A stretch of DNA of 60,252 bases from Clostridiales bacterium (GTDB taxonomy: Bacteria > Bacillota > Dehalobacteriia > UBA7702), in the NCBI GenBank assembly GCA_036644995.1, contig JAVXOZ010000011.1:1-60252 (forward strand). Reading direction: 5' to 3'. This document shows, in pieces, positions 27,693-38,058 of this stretch (positions are counted from its first letter, which is position 1; the number at the start of each line of letters is the position of its first letter). The position numbers were made by a program, and so were the translations under genes. The notes beneath the pieces are model-generated. The model ran no database searches, was not told the origin of the DNA, and saw nothing but the letters and a program-made list of their open reading frames with translations.

Positions 27693-28076
27693 ATGAAAAA
27701 AGTAATTAGCACCAAAAATGCTCCCGATGCCATTGGGGCATATTCACAGGGGATAATAGTTAATGGATTTTTATATGCCTCGGGTCAAATTGCATTGGTA
27801 CCTCAAACCGGTACAGTAGAAGCCCAAAATATTGAAGGGCAAACCAACCAAGTTATGGAAAACATTGGGGGCATATTAAAAGCAGCAGATTTGGATTACA
27901 GCGATATAGTAAAAATGACTGTATTTTTAGATGACATAGACAATTTTGCTAAGTTTAACGAAATTTACGCTACCTATCTAAAAGAACCCTACCCCGCCAG
28001 AAGCGTGGTAGCAGTGGCAGCTTTACCCAAAAAAGTTAAAGTAGAAATTGAAATGACTGCGGCTTTAAGAGATTAA
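27693..28076 (+). CDS. ridA: RidA/YjgF family enamine deaminase
   Basis: APDAIGAYSQG, SGQI, N.IY, PARS.V.V..LP..V.VEIE. Confidence 0.93.
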   Translation: MKKVISTKNAPDAIGAYSQGIIVNGFLYASGQIALVPQTGTVEAQNIEGQTNQVMENIGGILKAADLDYSDIVKMTVFLDDIDNFAKFNEIYATYLKEPYPARSVVAVAALPKKVKVEIEMTAALRD

Positions 28077-28177
28077 CACCAAATAAACTTTAAGCCGCAA
28101 AATAACCAATGAATACCAAAACCATTTTCAACATATCCCAACTTAAAAGCCCCATAACACAAAAAAGTGTTATGGGA

Positions 28178-28340
28178 CAGATTGTAGCCAAAAAATAATT
28201 TTGGCTACAAGATGATAGGCTTTGGAGAAAGACTTAGAACAGCTAAACGCACCAAAATGCGGAATCGCAGTGTACTTTGATGTACATAAGAGTTCGGAGT
28301 TTGGGGAGTTTGGCTGTTATCAGCCTTTATACTCAGTCTC
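28178..28340 (+). repeat. structured palindromic repeat/MITE-like element, divergent subfamily copy
   Basis: CAGATTGT..AAGATG..AGGCT..GAAAGACTTAGA..GCAGTGTAC..GTACATAAG..CTTTAT..CAGTCT; flanked by 26-bp direct repeat 28151-28176/28342-28367. Confidence 0.85.
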
Positions 28341-28466
28341 ACCCATAACACAAAAAAGTGTTATGGGGTTTTTTTCTGTTTATATTTAGTTACTAAATGC
28401 TATTTTGCTGTGAGTTTGCACCTTAATTTTGTTAACTTTAGTAAATTAAGCTAAAATAGCAGATAA

Positions 28467-28931
28467 TCAATTTTTTTTGCCGCAAAAATCCGTGGAAACA
28501 ATTTTAAAAATAAAAACACTTTTTATGGATTTTTCTTCAAATTCAAAATCTTTAGCCGTTAAATGCTGCATTAAAGTTTTTAAAGCAAAAGCCTTTTCAT
28601 CATCATTTTCAACAAATATAGCTTCACCTGTACCAATAACATCTCCATAGGAAATTGTATAGGTACAGGGCTTGTCAGAGCCTTTTAATTCACCTTCCCA
28701 GTGGGTTTCAAACCCAACATGGGGGTTATTTTTTAAGATATCCAGCTTTCGACCCTTAGATGCACAATGAAAATAGAGCGTCAAGGTTTCTCCCTCTAAA
28801 ACATAGCCATAATTTAATGGCACGATGTAAGGAGCACCATTATCCACCATGGCAATGGAGCAAACCGAAGTTTTTGCCAAAATTTCCGTTATACCTTGGG
28901 CATCTTTAACTTCTCTTTCTTTTCTCCGCAT
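28467..28931 (-). CDS. pyridoxamine 5'-phosphate oxidase-like / NimA-family flavin-binding protein
   Basis: MRRKERE, PYIVPLNYGY, LYFHCA..GRKLDIL..NP.V.F. Confidence 0.9.
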   Translation of the reverse strand: MRRKEREVKDAQGITEILAKTSVCSIAMVDNGAPYIVPLNYGYVLEGETLTLYFHCASKGRKLDILKNNPHVGFETHWEGELKGSDKPCTYTISYGDVIGTGEAIFVENDDEKAFALKTLMQHLTAKDFEFEEKSIKSVFIFKIVSTDFCGKKN

Positions 28932-28978
28932 AAAATTACTTCTTTCTCAATGGTCTTTAGATATCAACTTTTATATAA

Positions 28979-30202
28979 TCAGTGAAAATCCACATCTAAA
29001 AATTTAGCCAGCAAAGTTTTGCCATCGGGGTATAAAATTCCCGTTGCTTTGGCGGTTTTTTCACAATGGGCAATGCTATGGTCTAATTTGTGATAGCGGC
29101 TGTCAAAAATCATAAAGGGAATAGCCTCACGGCTATGGGTGCGTATTTCCAAAGGTGTGGCATGATCAGGCATCACCATAATGCGGTAATCCTCTCCCAT
29201 TGCCTCACAGGCAGCAATAACTTGGGGAATAGTTTCGGTATCTATGCGTTCAATGGCACTGATTTTTTTATCTAATCTGCCTTGATGTCCACTTTCATCC
29301 GGTGCTTCCACATGAACGAATACAAATTCGCCACCGCCCTTTAAATATGCCGCTGCCAAATCCCCTTTGCCACGAAAATCCGTAACCACCCCACCGGTGG
29401 CAGAACCTAAATACAAAATATCCATTTTGGCACTGATGCCAATACCACGGATAAGATCCACACCACTTATAACGCCGCCTTTAAGACCGTAACGCTGCTG
29501 AAAAGATGGCAATTCCGCCTTTACTCCGGGTCCCCAAAACCAAAGGGCATTGGCTGGTTTTTCACCTTTTGCCAATTTTTCCACATTGTATGGTTGCTTT
29601 TTTAAGATTTCATGAGCTTTTTTCATGAAAGCCACGGCTTTTTCTTGACCTGAACCTTGGGGTAAATGGTCACCCACTTTTTCATCCATAATTTCATGGG
29701 CAGGGTCATAGATGGTATCCAAAGGCCCATTATGCCAACGCAAAATATTACGGAAAGAAACGCTGGAAAACAGTTCCATTTCTTCATCGTCCAAGGCTTT
29801 TTTAACCTCGGCGATGAGTCCATGGGCATCGGCGGTTTCAATTTCGCCACCGCTGTAATCTATCAAACTTTTTTCTTCAAAGGTATCGCCATCTTCGCTT
29901 AAAGTTACTAAATTAGCACGTAAGGTAACATCCTCAGGCGCCATTTCCACCCCTGCGGAAATAGCTTCTATGGAAGAACGACCCTTGTAAAATTCTGAAG
30001 GGGGATAACCCAAAACCGAAAGATTGGCAACATCGGACCCCGGGGCATATTCAGGGGGAACACTTTGGCAAAGACCCGTAATGCCACCTGCTGCCATGGC
30101 ATTGGTATTGGGCTTATTAGCCACCTCCATAGGGGTTTTATTGCCTAATTCCGCTATGGGCCAATCTGCCATGCCGTCTGCCAGAATAAATATATATTTC
30201 AT
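28979..30202 (-). CDS. apgM: cofactor-independent phosphoglycerate mutase (archaeal-like ApgM family)
   Basis: DGMAD, PGSDVANLSVLGY, GR..IEA, HVEAPDE.GH, PDHATP..RTH. Confidence 0.92.
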   Translation of the reverse strand: MKYIFILADGMADWPIAELGNKTPMEVANKPNTNAMAAGGITGLCQSVPPEYAPGSDVANLSVLGYPPSEFYKGRSSIEAISAGVEMAPEDVTLRANLVTLSEDGDTFEEKSLIDYSGGEIETADAHGLIAEVKKALDDEEMELFSSVSFRNILRWHNGPLDTIYDPAHEIMDEKVGDHLPQGSGQEKAVAFMKKAHEILKKQPYNVEKLAKGEKPANALWFWGPGVKAELPSFQQRYGLKGGVISGVDLIRGIGISAKMDILYLGSATGGVVTDFRGKGDLAAAYLKGGGEFVFVHVEAPDESGHQGRLDKKISAIERIDTETIPQVIAACEAMGEDYRIMVMPDHATPLEIRTHSREAIPFMIFDSRYHKLDHSIAHCEKTAKATGILYPDGKTLLAKFLDVDFH

Positions 30203-30577
30203 TTCAATCTCGCTTTCTAAATTTATTTTCTCTATTTTTTTAGGTAAATTAATGATATACTACAATATTTAATTATATATAAAATATCCACCGCTGACAA
30301 GGGCTAATTTTAAATCCTCTTAATTCCTGAAAATGAAGATATTATCCTTGTATAAAATATTTTTCTGCTTGGATAAATTGGGTTTTTGCATAAAAATAAC
30401 ATTTAAAGCAAAAAGAACCTTTCAGCACCATAGAGAGGTAATATTGCAAATGTAGTAATATCCCTGAAAAAACATGGCAAAAGATAAATATTTACCACTG
30501 ACATTTTGATAAAAATAATATATAATATAACCTATATATACATTATGCTATTAATATATATTTAAGGAGGAAATAAA

Positions 30578-31123
30578 ATGCTTGAAATCCGTACCCATGG
30601 TCGGGGCGGACAAGGGGTAGTCACCTATGGTGATATTTTGGCAGAAGCTGCATTAAACAGTGGCTATTTTGTTCAAACCTTGCCCTTCTTCGGCGTAGAA
30701 AGACGGGGTGCCTCCATCAGAGCGTTGCTCCGCTTAGGAAAAGAAGAGATAAAAAAACGCTCCATGTGCTATAACCCCGATATTTTAGTACTATTTAATG
30801 ATAACCAAGTTGCTGAAGCCAAAGCCATAGGCAACACTGATAACGCAACATTGGTGTTTAACAGCAAACACCAAGACCATAAAGAAAAACATTACTGGGT
30901 AATAGATGCGGAAACCATTGCCGATGATTTTGGCTTAACCCGTGGTGACGATGTTTTTATCAACATCATCATGGCAGGTGCTTTGGCAAAGGTATTGGGA
31001 ATTTCCACGGAAAATTTAATCAATGCCATAAAAACCAACCGTGGGGTAGATAGTGAAAACCCCAACGTAAAAGCAGCTTTGGTAGCTTACGAAAACGTAA
31101 AAGAAATAGGAGGTAATGAATAA
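30578..31123 (+). CDS. porC: pyruvate/2-ketoisovalerate ferredoxin oxidoreductase gamma subunit
   Basis: EIR.HGRGGQGVVT, PFFGVERRGA. Confidence 0.9.
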   Translation: MLEIRTHGRGGQGVVTYGDILAEAALNSGYFVQTLPFFGVERRGASIRALLRLGKEEIKKRSMCYNPDILVLFNDNQVAEAKAIGNTDNATLVFNSKHQDHKEKHYWVIDAETIADDFGLTRGDDVFINIIMAGALAKVLGISTENLINAIKTNRGVDSENPNVKAALVAYENVKEIGGNE

Positions 31124-31392
31124 TGCTTCATAAAAAAAGAGAAGAATTTCCCTCCTATTATCCACTTTCCGTACCACAGGAAGGCGCAGGGGGCAACACC
31201 GGCTCTTGGCGGCATAACCGCCCTGAAATTGATAAAGACCAATGCACACAGTGTTTATTTTGCTATGTGTTTTGTCCTGAGGGCGTAATATCCAAAGAAC
31301 AAGATATAAACTATGATTATTGCAAAGGCTGTGGGATTTGTGCCACGGAATGTCCCCAAAAAGCAATAACAATGATTAAGGAGGTGGAATAA
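31123..31392 (+). CDS. porD: POR/VOR delta subunit
   Basis: TGSWR..RP, CTQCLFCYVFCPE, YDYCKGCGICATECP. Confidence 0.92.
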   Translation: MLHKKREEFPSYYPLSVPQEGAGGNTGSWRHNRPEIDKDQCTQCLFCYVFCPEGVISKEQDINYDYCKGCGICATECPQKAITMIKEVE

Positions 31393-32532
31393 ATGGCAGA
31401 AAAAATGTTAACCACAGGCAATGGTGCCGCTGCTTTGGCTGTTACCCAAGCTAAAGTAGATTTTGTGGCTGCTTACCCCATTACACCTCAAACCTCAGTA
31501 GCGGAAAAGCTATCTGAATATATTGCCCAAGGTAAATTGGATGCCGCCTATTTGGCAGTGGAATCCGAACACAGTGCCTTGGCTTCTGTTGCCTCCGCCA
31601 GCATGGCAGGTGCCAGAGTTTTCACCGCCACTTCCTCCCAAGGCTTGCTTTATATGCACGAAATAACCCACTATGTGGCAGGTGGCAGATTGCCTGTGGT
31701 TATGGTAAATGTAAACCGTGCCGTGTGCCCACCTTGGTCTTTATATGTTGACCATCACGATGCTTTATCCCAGCGTGATACAGGTTGGATGCAGATATAT
31801 TGCAGCAGCACCCAAGAAATTTACGATACGATTTTACAGGCTTATTATATTGCAGAAAAAATTAACTTACCCATTATGGTAAATTACGATGGTTTTTTAT
31901 TATCCCACTCCATGATGGCAATGGTGCCCAATACCCAAGAACAGGTTGATGAATTTTTACCCCCAATTAACCCCCAATGGAGCTTAGCGCCGGAATATGG
32001 TATTGCTACTTTTGGTAATGTTACCCCCACCGAGGAATATACCCCCTACCGCAAAGGTTTGCAAGATGCCATGGATAATGCTCATATTGCCATTAAGGAA
32101 GCGGGAGAACGATACGAAAAAATAACCAAGCGTAACCATGGCAATTCCATCAGCACCTATCGCACCGAAGATGCAGAATATTTCTTGATTTCCATGGGTT
32201 CCATGGCAACGGAAATGGAAGTAGCTGCGGATATTTTAAGAGAAGAAGGGCTGAAAGTGGGCACAATCCGCATTAGAGTTTTCCGCCCCTTCCCAGCAGC
32301 AGAGCTAAATGCAGCCTTGCCCCAAAATGCTAAAGCTGTGGTTTTAGACCGCAATTACGGTTTTGGCTCTCACGGTGGCATCATCTTCCAAGAAGCAAAA
32401 AGTGCACTCTATGATAGTGGCAAAAATATTAAAATCAAGGGTCTTACCTGCGGCTTAGGCGGAGAAGACCTTTATGCCAAATATTTGGCAGATTTGGCAA
32501 GAACAGAAATTGAAGGGATGGTGAAGGCATAA
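31393..32532 (+). CDS. porA: POR/VOR alpha subunit
   Basis: AAYPITPQT, VESEHSA, FTATSSQGLLYMHE, RDTGW.Q, R.FRPFP. Confidence 0.92.
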   Translation: MAEKMLTTGNGAAALAVTQAKVDFVAAYPITPQTSVAEKLSEYIAQGKLDAAYLAVESEHSALASVASASMAGARVFTATSSQGLLYMHEITHYVAGGRLPVVMVNVNRAVCPPWSLYVDHHDALSQRDTGWMQIYCSSTQEIYDTILQAYYIAEKINLPIMVNYDGFLLSHSMMAMVPNTQEQVDEFLPPINPQWSLAPEYGIATFGNVTPTEEYTPYRKGLQDAMDNAHIAIKEAGERYEKITKRNHGNSISTYRTEDAEYFLISMGSMATEMEVAADILREEGLKVGTIRIRVFRPFPAAELNAALPQNAKAVVLDRNYGFGSHGGIIFQEAKSALYDSGKNIKIKGLTCGLGGEDLYAKYLADLARTEIEGMVKA

Positions 32533-33458
32533 TGGCAACTTTAAAAGATTTAAGCGATTTTGAATTAGTCAAATCCGGTTCCGGAGCTTGTGCAGGCTGT
32601 CCCTCCACCATGGCTTTGAGAATAGTTGGTAAAGCCTTGGGGCCAAATTGCGTTATGCTTATGACCCCCTCCTGTGCTGTGGCTTCCATTGGACTTTTGC
32701 CCAAAACCTGCTATGATGTGCCTGTGCAAAACATTTGTTTTGCCGCTGCAGGAGCATCGGGTGGTGGTGCAGCTGCGGCCTTTGAAATTTTAGAAAAGAA
32801 GGGTCGCATTAAAGAAAAACCCACTGTTTTTAATTGGACAGGGGACGGCGGCACCTACGATATAGGCTTCCAAGGTATCTCCGCTGCGGCGGAAAGAAAC
32901 GACGACTACATCCAATTTTGCTATAATAACGAAGCTTATTCCAACACAGGGGTGCAAAGAAGTGGGGCAACACCCAGATATGCCATAACCACCAATACAC
33001 CCTTGGGCAAAGAAAGCACCAAGAAAAACATGGCTCTTTTGATGCTGGATCATCAAATTCCCTATTTGGCAACGGCATCATTGGCTTACCCCATGGACTT
33101 GTATCGCAAAGTGGAAAAAGCCAAATCCATGAAGGGATTTCGCTATATCGAAATTTTGGCTCCTTGCCATCCGGGATGGAAATTAAACCAAAATGAAACC
33201 GTTTATTATAGTCGCTTAGCAGTGAAAACCAAATCTTGGTTACTTTGGGAAGCAGAAAACGGCAAAGTTACCATCAACAATCCTACTAAAAATCTTTTAG
33301 CAGGTAAAACAGAAGCTGAACCACTGGAAAACTACATTAAAGGACAGGGACGTTTTAAACATATAATGAAAAGTCCCGATAAAGAAAAGTTTTTAAAACA
33401 AATTGAAGCCGATAACCAAGCAGGAATAAAAATGCTGTTACAAAAACTTGAAGATTAA
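32532..33458 (+). CDS. porB: POR/VOR beta subunit
   Basis: ACAGC, GDGGTYDIG, YNNEAYSNTG.QRSGATP, APC..GW. Confidence 0.92.
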   Translation: MATLKDLSDFELVKSGSGACAGCPSTMALRIVGKALGPNCVMLMTPSCAVASIGLLPKTCYDVPVQNICFAAAGASGGGAAAAFEILEKKGRIKEKPTVFNWTGDGGTYDIGFQGISAAAERNDDYIQFCYNNEAYSNTGVQRSGATPRYAITTNTPLGKESTKKNMALLMLDHQIPYLATASLAYPMDLYRKVEKAKSMKGFRYIEILAPCHPGWKLNQNETVYYSRLAVKTKSWLLWEAENGKVTINNPTKNLLAGKTEAEPLENYIKGQGRFKHIMKSPDKEKFLKQIEADNQAGIKMLLQKLED

Positions 33459-33472
33459 AATAATTTAAAATA

Positions 33473-33508
33473 TTAAAAACCGAACTTGTATATTAGTTCG
33501 GTTTTTAA
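33473..33508 (+). terminator. intrinsic terminator after por operon
   Basis: TTAAAAACCGAACT / AGTTCGGTTTTTAA. Confidence 0.8.
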
Positions 33509-33677
33509 CATTTTTATACATCAAATATATATTTAATCATGGGGTAAGCAAATCTTGTGTTATAATTTTACAAAAAAATGTTAAGGGGTTTATATAATAA
33601 AAAAGCCCAATGGCGTATACTAACAATATCAAAAGAGCAAAGATATAAGTTAATATCATAAAAAAAGGAGAACCGTT

Positions 33678-34007
33678 ATGAAATTTGAATTAATAAAAAG
33701 CCATGTGGAAATTACCCCGGAAACCCCTGAAGAAGTTGCAGGCTTAGATGAACTTTGGAAGATGATGTCCGATTGTGTTGGCAAAGAAAAGAAATTAGTA
33801 CCCATGGGTATTTATGTTGCAGAAAAAAATAAACCTGCCATGTTCCATATTGAAGGTCTATCCTCCGCAGAAATTGGTCAGGATATTGAAGTTTTAGCAC
33901 CTGTGGATTGCGATGTATATTGCAAAACCTGTAATAAAACAGTATCTGTGAAAAAAGGTGCCAGAATCCCCCTTTGCTGCGGCAAACGTATGGAAATTTT
34001 AGACTGA
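33678..34007 (+). CDS. hypothetical protein with C-terminal desulforedoxin-like metal site
   Basis: YCKTC-x14-CCGKRM; AAGGAG RBS; own terminator. Confidence 0.8.
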   Translation: MKFELIKSHVEITPETPEEVAGLDELWKMMSDCVGKEKKLVPMGIYVAEKNKPAMFHIEGLSSAEIGQDIEVLAPVDCDVYCKTCNKTVSVKKGARIPLCCGKRMEILD

Positions 34008-34055
34008 ATTTCAACCATACAAAATAAGCGTAAATTTAAAATACTTTAGATAAAT

Positions 34056-34094
34056 AATAAAAGCGACTGCATTTTTTAGGCAGTCGCTTTTATT
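34056..34094. terminator. bidirectional intrinsic terminator
   Basis: AATAAAAGCGACTGC / GCAGTCGCTTTTATT. Confidence 0.85.
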
Positions 34095-34229
34095 GTTGTA
34101 TGAAGATATGCTACACAAAGCTGTTAAACTCAAACTTGGCACTTGAAAATTATGGTAAAGAATACTTCATGATTTCAAAATTTTATGGTTTCAAAAAAAG
34201 TAAATATAATGAAAAATATAAATATACCT

Positions 34230-34380
34230 CAGATTGTCAAAAAACATAGTTGTTTGACAAGATACCAGACTATTAAGAAAGCCTTAGATTCGGTAAAACT
34301 CCCTGAACAACTGCTGCTTATGTACATAAGCAGTGAATGGAAAGGGATTTTGCCGAATATAAGACTTTATCAACAGCCTA
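34230..34380 (+). repeat. structured palindromic repeat/MITE-like element (shortened apex)
   Basis: same ends as other copies; apex reduced to CTGCTTATGTACATAAGCAG. Confidence 0.9.
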
Positions 34381-34405
34381 AAACCTACTTTTTATTTGGC
34401 TAAAA

Positions 34406-35482
34406 TTAATCTCCGAAAGAAATATCTAAAAGTCTGGCAGTTTTTACCAGTTCACCATTGGGGTCTACGGTTTTTTGCACTTTTGTAGCTTTGGATAAAG
34501 GTACCGTTTCAATTTTGTTATTTTTTAGGCAAACCATAACATCGTTTTTACCGTCAATAACAGCCTCTAAGGCGGCTACCCCATAGAGAGATGATAAAAT
34601 ACGGTCAAAAGGAGCAGGACTGCCACCACGCTGCAAATGACCCAGAACTGTGGTTCTCACCTCTAAATCTTCTTTTTCCACTATTTGATCACGCAATACC
34701 TCACCAATACCACCTAAGCGATGTTTATTATAATTATTTCCTTTATTTTCGCCGTTAATAATTTGCTCACCACCAATTTTGCAGCCTTCCGCTACCACAA
34801 TAATGCTAAAGTAGCTGCCACGTTTTTTTCTTTGGTGAACTTTTTTTAAAATTCCTGCCACAGTAAATTCTATTTCCGGTATCAAAATAACATCTGCACC
34901 ACCGGCTATACCTGCATATAAACTAATAAACCCTGCATCACGACCCATCACCTCTAAAATCATAATTCTGTGATGGCTCTCTGCGGTGGTATGCAATTTA
35001 TCAATGGCATCTGTGGCAGTGTTTACCGCAGTTTCAAACCCAAAAGTTTGATCCGTAGCAGATAAATCATTATCAATAGTTTTAGGAACACCCACAACTT
35101 TTAAGCCTTTTTCAGCCAATTCGTGGGTAATTGCCATGGTGCCATCGCCGCCGACTACCACAATGCTATCCAAGCCCAAAGCATTGGCAAAAGTAATTAA
35201 ATAATCACTTTTATCTTGAAAAATCACACCTTCAGGGGTTTTTATCGGATAATGAAAAGGATTATCCCGATTGGTAGTACCCAAAATTGTGCCACCTTTG
35301 GGTAAAATGCCTTGTGTTTGGCGAGGGGTTAAAACATCATAATGATTTTCTATTAAACCTTTATAACCATCATAAAAGCCGTAAACTTCTATTTTTTTTT
35401 GATAAGCGGATTTAACTACCCCACGCAAAACTGCATTTAACCCGGGACAATCACCGCCACCATTTAAAACACCAATTCTCAT
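34406..35482 (-). CDS. pfkA: 6-phosphofructokinase (group III, likely ATP-dependent)
   Basis: GGGDCPGLN, GGTILGT, GGDGT, PKTIDND, EVMGR, LGHLQRGG. Confidence 0.95.
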   Translation of the reverse strand: MRIGVLNGGGDCPGLNAVLRGVVKSAYQKKIEVYGFYDGYKGLIENHYDVLTPRQTQGILPKGGTILGTTNRDNPFHYPIKTPEGVIFQDKSDYLITFANALGLDSIVVVGGDGTMAITHELAEKGLKVVGVPKTIDNDLSATDQTFGFETAVNTATDAIDKLHTTAESHHRIMILEVMGRDAGFISLYAGIAGGADVILIPEIEFTVAGILKKVHQRKKRGSYFSIIVVAEGCKIGGEQIINGENKGNNYNKHRLGGIGEVLRDQIVEKEDLEVRTTVLGHLQRGGSPAPFDRILSSLYGVAALEAVIDGKNDVMVCLKNNKIETVPLSKATKVQKTVDPNGELVKTARLLDISFGD

Positions 35483-35664
35483 AAAAGAACCTCCTTGTAG
35501 TTTGGTTATTATACCACATTTAACAAAAAAAATACAATGGTGAACACGTGTAACTTAAGATACACAAACAGTGAAAAAGCCGTGTACTACCATGGGCAAC
35601 GGTATTATCTTTTACAAGTTTCCTTAAAATTCAAACGGAAGCACAGCTTTTTTGTAATTAATTT

Positions 35665-36411
35665 TTACAATATCAGATAAAGAATGCCAAGGAGTGCAGG
35701 TTGATGCAGAAGGTAGATTATTAGGGAATGCCTGCCCTGCCACTCCAACCATGGCGCACCATAATGCAGCATAAACATAGCAGATGCACTTTTTTGGAGA
35801 ATTTGCCATGAATAATACCCCGCAATAAATAGGAAAAACCAAGGCATAATGGGAAAATAATCTGCGGAGAAAAAATTTTCATTGGGGAAACCCAAAATAG
35901 CCATGCCCAAATATTTTACAACATAGATTCCCCAAGATACTTGCTCCGGGGGAAAATATTCAGCATTTTGAGTACCTATACCAAATTCCAAGGCTATAAT
36001 AAATAAGGAAAAAAAACTTATAAAACCCGGAAAAGCAGGAATTTTACTTAATATTTTAGAAAGTGGTATCATCAATAAAATAGCTATGCCCAAAAAAGAT
36101 AAAATGCCAAAAACCACCATAAAATCCGGCATAAATAATATTGTTACCAAGGTTATTGCCAAACCACAACCTAAAATAACCCCACCACGCTTTAAATGGT
36201 GATGACCCAAAGACCAGCACATACCTGCTAAAAAAATAAATATCCAGCAAATACCTTGCTGCCATAAATTGCCTACCCCACCTTGAAACCATAAAATTTT
36301 CATACCATAAATATAAACTAAATCGAAAAACAGATGGTAAATTACCATGTTTAAAATGGCAAAACCACGAATTGCATCCAATAAATTATAACGAATGTGC
36401 TCTATATTCAT
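35665..36411 (-). CDS. DUF1624 / HGSNAT-like membrane acyltransferase-domain protein
   Basis: RY..LDAIRGFA...MVIYH..FDL, SADYFPIMPW, GRHSL.IYLLHQP. Confidence 0.88.
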   Translation of the reverse strand: MNIEHIRYNLLDAIRGFAILNMVIYHLFFDLVYIYGMKILWFQGGVGNLWQQGICWIFIFLAGMCWSLGHHHLKRGGVILGCGLAITLVTILFMPDFMVVFGILSFLGIAILLMIPLSKILSKIPAFPGFISFFSLFIIALEFGIGTQNAEYFPPEQVSWGIYVVKYLGMAILGFPNENFFSADYFPIMPWFFLFIAGYYSWQILQKSASAMFMLHYGAPWLEWQGRHSLIIYLLHQPALLGILYLIL

Positions 36412-36538
36412 TATGCGTTTCCACCTAAAATTTCATATAATTTAATTATACACATTATTAACCATAAATGAAATACACTAATACCCGAAATTTATAGCAG
36501 TATATAACGAAAAAACCAAACTCCTGTAAGAGTTTGGT

Positions 36539-36700
36539 CAGATTGTCAAAAAACATAGTTTTTTTCCAAGATGCCAGGCTGTTAAGAAAGACTTAGATTC
36601 GGTAAAACTCCCGGAGCAACTGCTGTGCAGTGTACATAGATGTACATAAGCAGTGGGTGGGAAGGGATTTTGCCGAATATCAGACTTTATCCACAGCCTG
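36539..36700 (+). repeat. structured palindromic repeat/MITE-like element (best-preserved copy)
   Basis: CAGATTGTC...CACAGCCTG; flanked by 25-bp near-perfect direct repeat 36514-36538/36701-36725. Confidence 0.92.
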
Positions 36701-36749
36701 AACCCAACTCCTGTAAGAGTTTGGTAAAATACAATTTTGTTAATATCTA

Positions 36750-36797
36750 AAAAGTCGAACCCCGATGTACTTTGATGTACATAGGCGTTCGACTTTT
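36750..36797. repeat. short hairpin carrying the repeat-family apex (TGTAC-N6-GTACA), at ilvC 3' end
   Basis: AAAAGTCGAAC..ATGTACTTTGATGTACAT..GTTCGACTTTT. Confidence 0.7.
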
Positions 36798-36835
36798 ATA
36801 TATTTAGTCAGTATCAACCATTTAGTTAAGGCTGA

Positions 36836-37843
36836 TTATTTAGTTTTGATTGTGGAATGAATAAAGGGCATCATTTTTCTCAATTCTGCACCAACTTTTT
36901 CTAATTGATGTTCCTCGCCTTGACGTTTTAAAGCGTTATAACGGGGACGACCTGCTTGGTTTTCCAAAATCCAATCTTTGGCAAAGGTGCCATCTTGAAT
37001 ATCTGTTAAAGCTTTTCTCATATTGGCTTTAGCTTCAGATGTAACAATGGTGGGGCCAACCTGTAAATCACCCCATTCAGCAGTATCGCTAATGGAATAA
37101 CGCATGGTGCCCAAGCCGCCTTCATAAATTAAATCAATAATAAGTTTTAATTCATGAACACATTCAAAATAGGCTATTTCCGGTTGGTAACCTGCTTCTA
37201 CCAAGGTTTCAAAACCTGCGGTTAAAAGACTGCTTAAGCCGCCGCAAAGTACGGTTTGTTCACCAAAGAGGTCTGTTTCGGTTTCTTCTTTAAAGGTTGT
37301 TTCAATAACCCCTGCACGAGTGCCGCCAATACCTTTTGCCCATGCCAAGGCAATTTCTTTTGCTTTGCCTGAGTAATCCTGTTGTACTGCAATAAGGTTA
37401 GGAACACCGCTGCCTTCGGTATAGGTACGTCTTACAAGATGACCAGGACCTTTAGGGGCAATCATGATTACATCTACATTTTTAGGAGGTACAATTTGAC
37501 CAAAGTGAATGTTAAAACCATGAGAGAAAACAAGAACCTTATTTTCTGTCATGTGTTCCATGATATCGCTATGATAAATTCTTGCCTGCAATTCATCGGG
37601 AGTTACAATTTGGATAATATCAGCTTTAACTGCCAGTTCAGGAGTGGTCATGATGGTCATACCATCTTTTTTTGCCTGTTCCCAATTAACGCTGCCGGGT
37701 ACATCCGCAACAATTACATCAAGACCGCTTTCTTTCAAGTTTTGAGATTGAGCGTGACCTTGAGAGCCATAACCCACAACCCCAATAGTTCTGCCTTCTA
37801 AAAAAGATAAATCAGCATCGCTATCATAATACATTTTTGCCAT
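36836..37843 (-). CDS. ilvC: ketol-acid reductoisomerase
   Basis: [50 protein letters not shown]. Confidence 0.97.
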   Translation of the reverse strand: MAKMYYDSDADLSFLEGRTIGVVGYGSQGHAQSQNLKESGLDVIVADVPGSVNWEQAKKDGMTIMTTPELAVKADIIQIVTPDELQARIYHSDIMEHMTENKVLVFSHGFNIHFGQIVPPKNVDVIMIAPKGPGHLVRRTYTEGSGVPNLIAVQQDYSGKAKEIALAWAKGIGGTRAGVIETTFKEETETDLFGEQTVLCGGLSSLLTAGFETLVEAGYQPEIAYFECVHELKLIIDLIYEGGLGTMRYSISDTAEWGDLQVGPTIVTSEAKANMRKALTDIQDGTFAKDWILENQAGRPRYNALKRQGEEHQLEKVGAELRKMMPFIHSTIKTK

Positions 37844-38058
37844 TTTAATTTCCTCCTAATATTTCTAATATATCAATAAAATACTTATAAACAAGTAAAT
37901 AAGTTTAATGGTTTTATTATATCACCAAAAGGTAAACTTGTAAATTATAAATTTTTTCGCATAAAGATGAAATTTATATTTTCATCACAAATTACTGCTA
38001 AAATAAATTGATGAACATAAAGTGGATTTTTTAAAATTCCCCATAAAAAATCAACATT

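Noticed and set aside
34185..34403. 72-aa ORF through a repeat element (also 8131-8313)
   Set aside because: Other copies have stops or frameshifts in this frame; no RBS; conservation fits base pairing rather than codons
37844..38058. T-box leader for ilvC
   Set aside because: AT-rich gap without the GGTGGTACCGCG T-box motif or antiterminator
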